Below, in pieces: positions 19,098 to 28,088 of a DNA stretch of 64,000 bases. The first letter of the stretch is position 1. Each line of letters starts with the position of its first letter. The DNA is from Candidatus Latescibacterota bacterium. GTDB taxonomy: Bacteria; Latescibacterota; UBA2968; UBA8231. A program made the position numbers and the translations under genes. The DNA is taken from contig CBDETY010000003.1 in assembly GCA_965243025.1 (NCBI GenBank), forward strand, positions 736,001-800,000, written 5' to 3'. The notes below the pieces were generated by a model. The model was not told where the DNA came from, searched no databases, and saw only the letters and a list, made by a program, of their open reading frames with translations.

Positions 19098-20267
19098 CTA
19101 AAACGGCTGAAAACCGCCGTCGCGTGCAATCAAAATGATGGGATCGTACACCGCATCCCCGACGGCGTCGAATGAGAAGCTGCCGAGAATGCAGTCAAAT
19201 CCGCTTGTGGCAGCCAGCGCATCCCGTATCGCACTCGAATCGGTTGACTGCGCCTCTGAGATGGCGTTCACCAGAAGCTGCACCGATGTGTACGCCACCG
19301 CGCTGAAAACCGACGGCTCCGCACCGTATGCCGCGATGTAGTTCCGTACGAACGCCTGATTGCCAGGCGTTTCCGCCGCACTCGTCCATGCGGTAAACGT
19401 AATCGTCCCCTCCGCGTCTTCGCCCGCCTGCTGCACCTCACCCAAACTCATCAACGGAACGATGAAGGGCACATCGTCCGGAATCCCCACTTCGCGTCCT
19501 TGGACGAGTATCGTCGGCTGGTCAAACGTATTCGCGGCGACAAGAACGGCTTCCGGCTGCAGATCCCGGATCCGCGCCAATTGGGGCCGGAGATCCGCGT
19601 CGCGTGTGGAGAAGGTTTCGGTAGTCAGGAGCTCGACGTCGACCGCCGGGAGGGTTTCGGAATACACGTCCCTGGCGCTGAGGGAGAACCGATCGAGGCT
19701 GTCTACAAGTATGGCGACCTTTTGATAACCAAGTTTTTCCTGGGTTAACCGAACCCCGCGGGGGATCAGTTTTTCCACGGTCAGGTTCACGCGAAACACG
19801 AAGTCACCGAGCGCGCTCAGTCCCTGCGACGCCGATGACGGCGCAATAGCCACAATCCGGTTTTCTTCCGCCACCGGAAAGGCAATCTCCGTCAGGGTCG
19901 ATGTCGCGGGTCCCAGAAGTGCGGCTACCCCGTCTTCGTGAATCAGCTTGCTGTATGCAGCAAGCACTCCCTCCGGCGTACTCTGATTATTTTCAAGGAT
20001 GAAGCGGATGTGCGGGGGCGCAATCTGTGCGCTGTTAATCTCGTCGCGCGCCATATAAAAACCGTTCAGATACCTGAGTATGTCCGGGTCGTCGGGACCG
20101 TCGACGAAGGCGCCGGACAGCGGCATGACCACGCCGATGAGGATTTGGTCCGGAAACGGCGCAGGCGCCTCGTTGCCAGCAATCGGTGTTTGTTCTTTGC
20201 AGCCGCATAGTCCCACTATGAGCCCGGCGCTGACGATCAATAAACAGAATTTTATTATGGGATTCAC
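19098..20267 (-). CDS. Branched-chain amino acid ABC transporter substrate-binding lipoprotein (LivJ/K-like), orphan
   Basis: Lipobox LCGC, 'IGVVMPLSG', 'LLGPATS', 'FVFRV', 'GSFSFDAVGD'; GGAGG before GTG 20267; lower GC than flanks. Confidence 0.88.
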   Translation of the reverse strand: MNPIIKFCLLIVSAGLIVGLCGCKEQTPIAGNEAPAPFPDQILIGVVMPLSGAFVDGPDDPDILRYLNGFYMARDEINSAQIAPPHIRFILENNQSTPEGVLAAYSKLIHEDGVAALLGPATSTLTEIAFPVAEENRIVAIAPSSASQGLSALGDFVFRVNLTVEKLIPRGVRLTQEKLGYQKVAILVDSLDRFSLSARDVYSETLPAVDVELLTTETFSTRDADLRPQLARIRDLQPEAVLVAANTFDQPTILVQGREVGIPDDVPFIVPLMSLGEVQQAGEDAEGTITFTAWTSAAETPGNQAFVRNYIAAYGAEPSVFSAVAYTSVQLLVNAISEAQSTDSSAIRDALAATSGFDCILGSFSFDAVGDAVYDPIILIARDGGFQPF

Positions 20268-20387
20268 TATAGTTGCACCTCCCTGGATCCGTGAAATCGA
20301 GAGCCTGATTTTCGGTTGTTTTCCGAGGGGAATCTGCTCGTGCATCGGTTCCTCGAGGGTGATGAGTTTGATGTCAGTGATTTTCAT
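20268..20387 (-). pseudogene. N-terminal remnant of a mandelate racemase/enolase-superfamily gene
   Basis: MKITDIKLITLEEP is a typical MR/MLE N-terminus; runs in frame into the unrelated SBP gene. Confidence 0.45.
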
Positions 20388-20473
20388 CCCGCTATGTTGT
20401 TCTTTCCGTCTTCTGGTGAAAAAGAAGGAGGACGCTCTCATTATCGTGAGGTGGGCAACAGCAATAGCGGCAG

Positions 20474-21556
20474 CTACCCGTAGCGTTCACGGAGCCGGCG
20501 GGAGGCTTCGGCTTCGTTCTTGAGTTTCAGGTAGGGTTCTTCGAGGGGCATGCCGGTGGCGAGGCCGGGGGAAAAGCCGCAGTCGGGGTTGAGGCTGAGA
20601 CGGGCGGGGTCGACGTGCCTGATGGCCTCTTCGACGCGGGCGACGATCTCGTCGGTTGTGTCGATCTTCTCGAAGCGGCACTCGACGGCGCCGAGGCCGA
20701 TCAGCTTTTCTTCGGGGAGCTCCCTGAGGATGGCGACGTCGCCGGCGACGGGGATGCTGAACTCCATGACGTACTGGTCGACGTCGATCTTCTTCATGGT
20801 CTCGATGATGGGCTCGTACCCGCCCTCGGCTCCCCAGCCCTGCCTGCCCCAGTTGCGGCGGCAGAGGTGGAGGGCGGTCTGGACGCCGTCGATGCCGTCG
20901 AGTATCTCGTTGATCTTGTCGGCGGCGAGGTCCATCTCGTAGCGCGGGTCGTCGAAGGAGTCGCGGTAGGCGGGGTCGACGAGGACGCACAGGTGGGGCT
21001 CGTCGATCTGGACGACGGTGACGCCGGTGTCCTGGAGGGCGGCGAGTTCCTCGTGGAGGATGGGGACGAGTGCGTCGATGAACCCGTCGCGGGTCGGGTA
21101 GGCCTTCGCCGAGACGGCCTCCTCCCACAGGCGGACTCCGAGCAGGTAGGGAGAGGGTACGCAGACCTTGGTGAAGCGGTCGGTGGCGTCGACGAGAAAC
21201 CGGGCCTCCCGGGCGATGAGGCCGGGGTTGACGACCTCCATGGGCTCGGTGATGGAGATGCCCCAGCGATGGGGCTCCTCGCGGAGGTCGGCGGAGAAGC
21301 CGGTTGCGATGTCGGCGACGATGTGGGTGTAGGCGTGTCTGCGCCACTCGCCGTCGCTGACGAGGTCGAGCCCGGCCTGCTCCTGGATGGCGATGGCGTA
21401 GCGGACGGCGGCGTCCATGCGCGGTGACGCGGCGGCCTTCGCGGACTCGACGCCGGGGAGGTCGGGAAGCATGTCCCGCACCATGAGGGGGCGGGGGAGG
21501 CTTCCGACGACGCCCGAGGGGAAGGGGACGGAGGTGTACTGTCGGGAGATGGTCAT
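20474..21556 (-). CDS. Cobalamin-independent methionine synthase II (Meth_synt_2) family protein
   Basis: VVGSLPRP, GLDLVSDGEWRR, QIDEP, HLC Zn motif, LNPDCGF. Confidence 0.92.
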   Translation of the reverse strand: MTISRQYTSVPFPSGVVGSLPRPLMVRDMLPDLPGVESAKAAASPRMDAAVRYAIAIQEQAGLDLVSDGEWRRHAYTHIVADIATGFSADLREEPHRWGISITEPMEVVNPGLIAREARFLVDATDRFTKVCVPSPYLLGVRLWEEAVSAKAYPTRDGFIDALVPILHEELAALQDTGVTVVQIDEPHLCVLVDPAYRDSFDDPRYEMDLAADKINEILDGIDGVQTALHLCRRNWGRQGWGAEGGYEPIIETMKKIDVDQYVMEFSIPVAGDVAILRELPEEKLIGLGAVECRFEKIDTTDEIVARVEEAIRHVDPARLSLNPDCGFSPGLATGMPLEEPYLKLKNEAEASRRLRERYG

Positions 21557-21663
21557 GGGGTCGCCTTGGATGTTGGTGCATCGAGGGTCAAAAAGGTGCC
21601 TCCAGGAAATGAAGTGTCAACGAAATCGGGTCAACTCCCCCCGAGCCACGAGAGCCCGGTCCC

Positions 21664-22854
21664 TCACTGCAGGCGGGGCCTCAGCACCCCGCACATGGGA
21701 AGCACGGCCAGCACGTACCCGGCGATCACCGCCAGGGCCGTGGCCACCCCCCACTGGTCGCTGACCACGCCGAAGGCCCAGGAGGACATGGCGCCGGCAC
21801 CGATCCCCAGGGTGTAGAACAGCCCGTAGGCCCGCGCCTGGCGGTCGCCGTCGACGAAGTCTCCGATCGTCCCGTAGAGGACGGAGGAAGTGCCGTTGAG
21901 CGCCACCCCGAGCAGGGGCAGAACCGCCAGCGTCAGGTCCAGGGGCAGGAGGATTGCGGACACGATGAGGGCCGTGGTGGCGGCCTCCGTGAGGACCACG
22001 GTGCGCAGGATCCCAAGCCGCTCGGCGACATGGCCGCAGGCCAGCTTGCCGGCGGCCCCCCCGGCGAAGACGAGGGCAAGGGCCAGGCCGATCATCGAAA
22101 CCGAGGCTCCCTTCTCCCCCAGCAGGAAGGGCAGAAAGGTGAGGAAGGAAAGGCGGGCCCCGGTGTCGATCATGCCGATGGCGGCAAGGATGGCAAAGCC
22201 GCCACGGTCGGCGATACTCCAGCCCCTTCCTTCCTCCTTCCGTGCATTGGGCACCGACGCCTCCGGTGCGGCGGGCGGCGCCCCCGGCAGCAGCGCCCCC
22301 ACGGCGGCTGCGGCACAGATGGTGAAGACCCCGTACGCCGCGGCGCTCGCCTGCCAGCCGTACGCAGCCGCCCCCGCCGCCACCGCCGCCGGAGCCACCA
22401 CCTTGCCCAGATCCCCGGTGAAGTTGTAGGTGCCCAGGGCCGCCCGCCGCCCCGCCGCCGGATAGGCCCGGGAGATGATGGAGGAGACCAGGGGGTGCTG
22501 GGTGCCGCAGCCCGTGCCTGACACGAACAGGAAGGCGGCGAGACTCAGGAAGCCCCCCGCCCATCCCAGCAGCATGAAGGCGAGCCCAGCCAGGGCCGTG
22601 CCCGCGGCCAGCACCCCCCGCTCTCCGTAGCGCTCCGCAAGGAAGCCCGCCGGCACCTGGGTCAAGGCCAGGGTGCCCGCCATGACCATCTTCAGGGCCC
22701 CTACCTCGGCGTGGGTCAGGGCGAAGGCGGCCGCCCAGAGAGGCAGCAGCACATAGATGCAGTCGGTGAAGCCGTCGTGAACGGCGTGGGCGAATCCGCC
22801 CGTGACCAGGACCCTGCGCCTGGATCGGGCATGATCCTGATGACTTGGCTTCAT
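21664..22854 (-). CDS. MFS transporter (FSR-like)
   Basis: About 12 hydrophobic segments; HAVHDG, GFLAERYG, QHP, ALGTYNFTGDLGK. Confidence 0.9.
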   Translation of the reverse strand: MKPSHQDHARSRRRVLVTGGFAHAVHDGFTDCIYVLLPLWAAAFALTHAEVGALKMVMAGTLALTQVPAGFLAERYGERGVLAAGTALAGLAFMLLGWAGGFLSLAAFLFVSGTGCGTQHPLVSSIISRAYPAAGRRAALGTYNFTGDLGKVVAPAAVAAGAAAYGWQASAAAYGVFTICAAAAVGALLPGAPPAAPEASVPNARKEEGRGWSIADRGGFAILAAIGMIDTGARLSFLTFLPFLLGEKGASVSMIGLALALVFAGGAAGKLACGHVAERLGILRTVVLTEAATTALIVSAILLPLDLTLAVLPLLGVALNGTSSVLYGTIGDFVDGDRQARAYGLFYTLGIGAGAMSSWAFGVVSDQWGVATALAVIAGYVLAVLPMCGVLRPRLQ

Positions 22855-22967
22855 GGCGCCGCCCCTGTCCGGTCTCGGTCCGAACAAGGCCACCATGATC
22901 AGACCGCTCGCCGCCCGGAAGCGCCGGCCAGGGCGAAGACGAGGGAACAGCCGTACTCGAGGATCAG

Positions 22968-23175
22968 GACCTGGCCGGCGACGTTCTGCTCCGGGTGTCG
23001 GTGCGCCATTGGGTGCTCAGCTTTCCGTACGAGATTCGCCACCGCTCGCCCACGACTGCGAGTGGCCTCGGCCGTACTGGCGGTGTTTCTGCGCGTGGTG
23101 GGCGGCTGGTATCGGCCGCCCTCGCTGCGCCATCCGAGCGCCTGACCGCGGTGATCGACCGGGTCCTGGCCGCCG
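22968..23175 (+). mobile_element. Degenerate IS91/ISCR-family transposase fragment
   Basis: Across frameshifts: DVLLRVSVRHWVLSFPYEIRHR / LAHD / SAVLAVFLRVVGGWYR, matching the IS91 'P.RQWVLS.P..R' region; then AVIDRVLAA (C-terminal-like). Confidence 0.7.
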
Positions 23176-23376
23176 ACAGGAGCGGCAACGTTCCAGGACT
23201 CATTCCAGGCTGCTGAAGCTCATGCTGAAGACCTCCTCGAGGATCGGTTGCCCGGGTCCACCTTGGCCGGCGGCCCCGGCCGCCGTTCGGGTGCGGCCTG
23301 ACTTGCCTTCTCCACCCCCTTGACCGAGAGTCCGGGCAGACAGGAATCTTTACCAGAGAACAGGGGGGATACGGAA

Positions 23377-23560
23377 ATGAATGTACGGAATGAGGTGTTG
23401 CGCACGGACGAGATAAACAACCCCTTCTCGGTCGGGAGATCGAGGGTCCGGTCGCGATGGTGCACCTGTTGAAATTCAAGGCCAGTGCGAATACGCGGAT
23501 GGCCGCGCAGGGCCGGCCTGGCGGGCAAGCTGCTTATCGCGACCACCGCGCAGGGGTAGC
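23377..23560 (+). pseudogene. DUF1330-family gene remnant (frameshifted, truncated)
   Basis: MNVRNEV... / EGPVAMVHLLKFKASAEYADGR / GQAAY pieces in shifting frames. Confidence 0.6.
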
Positions 23561-23587
23561 GTCCCCATTCCGGATAGAAGGCCACCC

Positions 23588-25534
23588 CTGACCGAATCGA
23601 ACTGGCTCCGCTACCTGTTGCCCTTGCCCCGGCAGGTGTCGATCCCGGGCTCGGTGACCTGCTCTCGAAAAGCGGTCCGGGTGGCCGCGGCCGGACCCGC
23701 CGACGAGGTCCTGGAGGAGGCTGCGGCTCTCCTTGCCGAGGCCGTGGGCAACCGCTGCGAGGAGCGGCCGCAGCTGACCGTCACCCTCGCCCGGATCGGC
23801 GACCTCGAGGCCGTTCCCGAGGATACTCTGGCGGACGCCCGGAACCCCGATCAGGCCTACGTGATCACCTCCCCTTCGGCGGAGGAGATCGTCGTCGCCG
23901 GGGGATCGAGCGTGGGCGCCCTCTACGGCGCCGTTACCCTGGCGCAGCTGTTCGACGCGTCGGCCGGGGCCGACTCCCTCGAGGTGCCCCTCCCGGAGAT
24001 CGCTGACTGGCCTGAAATCGAGGAACGGGGCGTCTGGAACTTCCCCGACGAGCACAGGTGGGTCCCGTGGATGGCCGGACTCAAGCTCAACTTCGGGAAG
24101 ATGGCCGCCACCTCCCTGGGCAAGGTGGAGCGCGGCCGGCCGGTTGCCGCCCGGATCGACGCCGACCTCATGATTCGGGCGCGGCGCAGGGGATTCACCT
24201 GCGTCCCGCTGATCCTGCACCTGAACTTCCTCCACGACACCGGGATCTTCCGGGCATACCCCGAGCTGGCGGGCAAGGGTGACGCCGCCCTGGCGGGGCG
24301 CTACTTCGCCCACAAACTCGGCAATCAGCACCGGGCGCCCTGCGCCTCTCAGCCGGTCCTGGTCGAACTGTTGACCGGGTGGATGCTCTCCATCCGTGAG
24401 CAAGGGGCCGGCGAGATCAGCTGCTGGCTCAGCGAGCGCCCCTGCCAGTGCGATTGCGAGCGCTGCACTCCCGTGGGCCAGTTCGTGCTCGAGACCCGCG
24501 CCTTCGTCGCCGCGTGGGAGCGCGCCCGCCGGGAGTATCCGGGTCTGGTGATCCGCATCTTCTCCTCCACCACCACTCCGGAGCAGGACGACCGCGTCCT
24601 GGCGGAGCTGCCGCAGGAGGTTCGCTTCGAGCGCGCCTGCGCCACGGCCATGGAGCGCTGGCGCAACCAGCCGCGGGACCGCTTCGCCAACCCCTGCCTC
24701 GACGCCGCCGCCGCCGGCGGCCGCTGGATCGCCAGCTACGACGTGCCCCTCCAGGCCTACGGCAACGTCGACACGCCGGAGTTCAAGGTGCCCCAGTTCT
24801 CCGCTCAGAGGGTGCGGGACTTCGCAGTCCAGTTGGCCCGGCGTGGGTACGCCGGCGCCTACGGAATGATGGCCTGGGGCAACATGACCCGCGAGACCAG
24901 CGGCTTCTCCGTCTCCGCCCTGGGCGAGTACGCCTGGAACCCCGGAGGCCGAAGCGTCCGGGAGTTCGCCGAGGCCTGGGCAACGCGCGAGGGCCTGTCG
25001 GACCCGGCCGCCGTCGGCGCCTGGGCGGAGCTGCTCGGGGAGGTCGAGTTCGACGTGTACGACTCCGACTTCCCCATGTGCTGGTCCCGGGGGCGGGCGG
25101 CGGCGATGGTGGAGGAGGGGCGGGCGCCGCGCTTCGGCGACGGCATGTTCCGCCACTTCTCCGGCGAAGAAGACTTCGAGGCGAAGCTGGAGACCTGCCG
25201 GCGGGCGGCGGAGCTGGTGGAAGGGCTGGAGCGGGGTGACCTGGTGCTGGCCACCGAGGTGGTGCGCTCGTACGTGGCCCTGATCCGGTCCGTCTGGAGG
25301 ATCGCCCACGAAATGGCCCACGCCGACCGGACCTCGGAGGCCGGTCAGCGCGGGCTCATGAACCGCGTGGAGGAGCTGGAGGAGGCCGGAGGGGCCAACG
25401 TCGAGGCGATTCGGGCCTGGCGTTCACACCTGGGGCCGGAGCCGTGGAACCAGCGCGTCCACGACGCCATCGCCGGCACCCGCGACACGGTGGAGCGCAT
25501 CGCCGGCCACGTGCGCGACCGCTACATCTACTGA
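23588..25534 (+). CDS. Hypothetical protein with GH20-type N-terminal domain (glycoside hydrolase-like)
   Basis: 'LLPLPRQV', 'QAYVI', 'GALYGAVTLAQL', 'EIADWPEIEERGVW'; start probably CTG 23588 (ORF track gives TTG 23618). Confidence 0.72.
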   Translation: MTESNWLRYLLPLPRQVSIPGSVTCSRKAVRVAAAGPADEVLEEAAALLAEAVGNRCEERPQLTVTLARIGDLEAVPEDTLADARNPDQAYVITSPSAEEIVVAGGSSVGALYGAVTLAQLFDASAGADSLEVPLPEIADWPEIEERGVWNFPDEHRWVPWMAGLKLNFGKMAATSLGKVERGRPVAARIDADLMIRARRRGFTCVPLILHLNFLHDTGIFRAYPELAGKGDAALAGRYFAHKLGNQHRAPCASQPVLVELLTGWMLSIREQGAGEISCWLSERPCQCDCERCTPVGQFVLETRAFVAAWERARREYPGLVIRIFSSTTTPEQDDRVLAELPQEVRFERACATAMERWRNQPRDRFANPCLDAAAAGGRWIASYDVPLQAYGNVDTPEFKVPQFSAQRVRDFAVQLARRGYAGAYGMMAWGNMTRETSGFSVSALGEYAWNPGGRSVREFAEAWATREGLSDPAAVGAWAELLGEVEFDVYDSDFPMCWSRGRAAAMVEEGRAPRFGDGMFRHFSGEEDFEAKLETCRRAAELVEGLERGDLVLATEVVRSYVALIRSVWRIAHEMAHADRTSEAGQRGLMNRVEELEEAGGANVEAIRAWRSHLGPEPWNQRVHDAIAGTRDTVERIAGHVRDRYIY

Positions 25535-25612
25535 ACCGGCGGCGGCCGCCGGAAAGGACGGCAAACCATCCTCAGGGAACTGTCTGATCCTGGCGGGCGC
25601 TCAACCGAAAGT

Positions 25613-25641
25613 CCAAAATGGTGCCTCATTTTAACTGTACC
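25613..25641 (+). repeat. oriIS-like motif copy 2 (CCAAAATGGTGCCTCATTTTAACTGTACC)
   Basis: Similar to 19051-19080; AT-rich in a GC-rich context. Confidence 0.35.
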
Positions 25642-25740
25642 AGGCGTGCCTCCGGTCAGCTGGTGGTGGCACATGGACCTGAGGGCGGCGTAGACTTCGG
25701 GTAACCACTTCACTTCGTATCGTTTCGGGGGGGACAACCT

Positions 25741-25965
25741 GTGGCTTGGCGAGACCCGACCTCACTGTCGACGACCGAACTGGAGGAAGGCAGCGACATC
25801 GCGCTGGACTTCGGGCGCTTCTTCTCCGCCAGCGGGGACGGGGTGGTACCCGTGGTCGCGCAGGATGTCGAGTCGCGCGATGTGCTGGTGCTCGCGCACG
25901 CCAACCGGGTGGCGATGGGCTTCGCGGCTCTTCTTGTTCAGGCGTCGTCGGAAAGTGCCTTGTAG
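25741..25965 (+). pseudogene. hisI: Truncated phosphoribosyl-AMP cyclohydrolase (N-terminal half)
   Basis: LEEG...LDF...GVVPVVAQDVESRDVLVLAHAN matches the HisI N-terminus; lacks SRSR/WxKGETSG/DCD/CH motifs; collides with convergent gene. Confidence 0.7.
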
Positions 25966-28088
25966 ATGGCGTAGTTTCTGAGGACCAGCTTGACGTAGAG
26001 GCGGGTCTCCTTGAAGGGGATGCGCTCGACGAAAGCGTCCGGGTCCTCGGAGGGAAAGGTCTCGAGCCACCGGCGGGCGTTGTGCGGGCCGGCGTTGTAC
26101 GCGGCCAGGCCCAGTTCAAAGCCGAGGTCCGCGCCGGCATCGGTCGTGAATCGGCGCATCTGGTCGCCGAGGAAGTAACTGCCAAAGCGGATGGAGACGG
26201 CCGGGTCGAAGAGCGCCCGCAGTTCAAAGGGGTTCACCTCCAACCTCCGCGCGAGGTGGCGGCCGGTTTTGGGCATGATCTGCATCAGGCCCCTGGCGCC
26301 CGCCCGCGACACCGCTTTCTCGTTGAATGTGCTCTCCTGGCGAATTACCGACAGGACCAGGTACGGGTCGATTTCAGCCTCGGCCGCCGCTGCTGCAATC
26401 TCCTCCCAATAGTAAGTCGGGTAGATGCGCGGCAGTTCCTCCGGGTCCTGCCCGTCGAACATGCGCAGCGACAGCCTCATGGCCTGGTCGCGATGACCGA
26501 GGGCTTCGTAGTAGTCGCGGACGGCCTTCAGCGCCGTCTTGTGGCCCTCGTAGTCGCGGACTGCCTGTTCCATCTCGGCTGCCGACCATTCCCTCAGCCC
26601 CAATTGGTTCAACAGGCCGGCGCGCTCGAGGTGTACCCTGTGTGCCAGCGCCGGGACATCGTCCTGGCGGGGGTCGTCCGTGGGCCGCTTCTCGAGCTGG
26701 ACCTGATCCTTGTGGCCCGACAGGACGGCGCGGGCGGAGTAGTAAGAGCGGGGAAACCCGGCGGCAGCGCGGCGGTAGAACGCGGTGGCGTCCTTTGTCC
26801 GGCCCAGCCGCTCCGCGCTCTTTCCGGCCCAGTACAGGGACTGGTCGACGATGTGGGGCTGGCGCGCCTGCTGACCCGCGCGCTCAAAAGCGGCGAGGGC
26901 TTGTGAGTATTGCTCCTGGCAGTAGAGCGCGAATCCGGCGCTCCAACGCGCTTCGTCGCCGTAATCGGTCTGCGGGTAGTGCTCGGCCAGGCGGCCGTAG
27001 AGCGTTGCGGCGCGGTCGAACCGGCTTTTGCGCTCGGCGGCTTTGGCGGCCTGCCACAGGGCGTCGTCGGCCAGGTCGTGCCGGGGGTAGCGCCTGGCAA
27101 AATCCGCATAGGCCGCAATGGCCTTGGCTTCGCGGTCTTTGCGGACCGAGAGACTGGCGATGCGATAAAGAGCTGCCGGGCTGCCGTAGCGCTCGTGCAC
27201 CGTGCGGAAAACCTGCTCCGCCCTGGTGTAATGCCCCGCAGACTGGTGGGCCCGGCCGACCATGTAGTGCGCCCGGGCAACGCGCTGGTCGCCGCTGTGT
27301 TCGCGGATGAAGTTCCCAAAGCTCCTGATGGCCTGGTTGTACCGCTTGTGGCTGTAGTAGGTGTGCGCCTGGGCAAAAGCCGTGCGAGCGTCGGGCTTCT
27401 TCGGCAGGTGCGAAAGGCTGTTGCGGGCGTGCCTGGAACCGGGGTGGTTTTCCAACAGGTCCAAAATCCACTTTCGCGCCTCCACCGGGTTGTGCTTCTG
27501 GCTGGTGGTTGCGAGCAGGTAGAGCACCCGCGCCGGATCGGAATCCTGCGGCAGCTGCTCCTCGTACAGGGCGAGGGCCCTGGCGGGTTGGCCGGCGCTC
27601 CGGTAGAGAGAGGCCAGGCGCAGGCGGGCGGGGTTGCGGAGGACGGGGTTGGCCGAGGCAGCCAGGAAGTTTTCGTACTCGGCGATGGCTTCGTGCGTCC
27701 GGTCCATGTCCTCCAGGGAGCGGGCAATCCAGAAGCGGCGGTAGCCATCGAGGGCCGGCAGGTCGAGGTCGCGCAAACGATCGTACGCGCGGCCTGGTTT
27801 TTTGAGCATGCGCTCGCAGAACGCCCGCTGGAACTCGAGGTGCGCTCGAGCGGCCGGCTCGTGCTGGATCGTGTCCAGCGCCGTGAGTCGGGGATAGGCG
27901 AGGTCGCAGCGGTTTTCGCCTATCAGCACCGCGATCGGGCCAGGCGGCTCCGGCGTGGGAACCTCGGGAGGGGGAGGAGGCTCGGGGGGAGGCTCAGTGG
28001 GGGCCGGAAAGTAGAAATAGCCAGCTGGCAGCAGGGCCAGCAGGATCAGGGCGGGAATCGTCCAGGCCCACCTGGCTTTGTCGGTCAT
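25938..28088 (-). CDS. Soluble lytic murein transglycosylase with TPR repeats
   Basis: N-terminal TM anchor, TPR/BamD-like repeats, IRQES, GARGLMQIMP, LAAYNAGP, IPFKETRLYV. Confidence 0.93.
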   Translation of the reverse strand: MTDKARWAWTIPALILLALLPAGYFYFPAPTEPPPEPPPPPEVPTPEPPGPIAVLIGENRCDLAYPRLTALDTIQHEPAARAHLEFQRAFCERMLKKPGRAYDRLRDLDLPALDGYRRFWIARSLEDMDRTHEAIAEYENFLAASANPVLRNPARLRLASLYRSAGQPARALALYEEQLPQDSDPARVLYLLATTSQKHNPVEARKWILDLLENHPGSRHARNSLSHLPKKPDARTAFAQAHTYYSHKRYNQAIRSFGNFIREHSGDQRVARAHYMVGRAHQSAGHYTRAEQVFRTVHERYGSPAALYRIASLSVRKDREAKAIAAYADFARRYPRHDLADDALWQAAKAAERKSRFDRAATLYGRLAEHYPQTDYGDEARWSAGFALYCQEQYSQALAAFERAGQQARQPHIVDQSLYWAGKSAERLGRTKDATAFYRRAAAGFPRSYYSARAVLSGHKDQVQLEKRPTDDPRQDDVPALAHRVHLERAGLLNQLGLREWSAAEMEQAVRDYEGHKTALKAVRDYYEALGHRDQAMRLSLRMFDGQDPEELPRIYPTYYWEEIAAAAAEAEIDPYLVLSVIRQESTFNEKAVSRAGARGLMQIMPKTGRHLARRLEVNPFELRALFDPAVSIRFGSYFLGDQMRRFTTDAGADLGFELGLAAYNAGPHNARRWLETFPSEDPDAFVERIPFKETRLYVKLVLRNYAIYKALSDDA

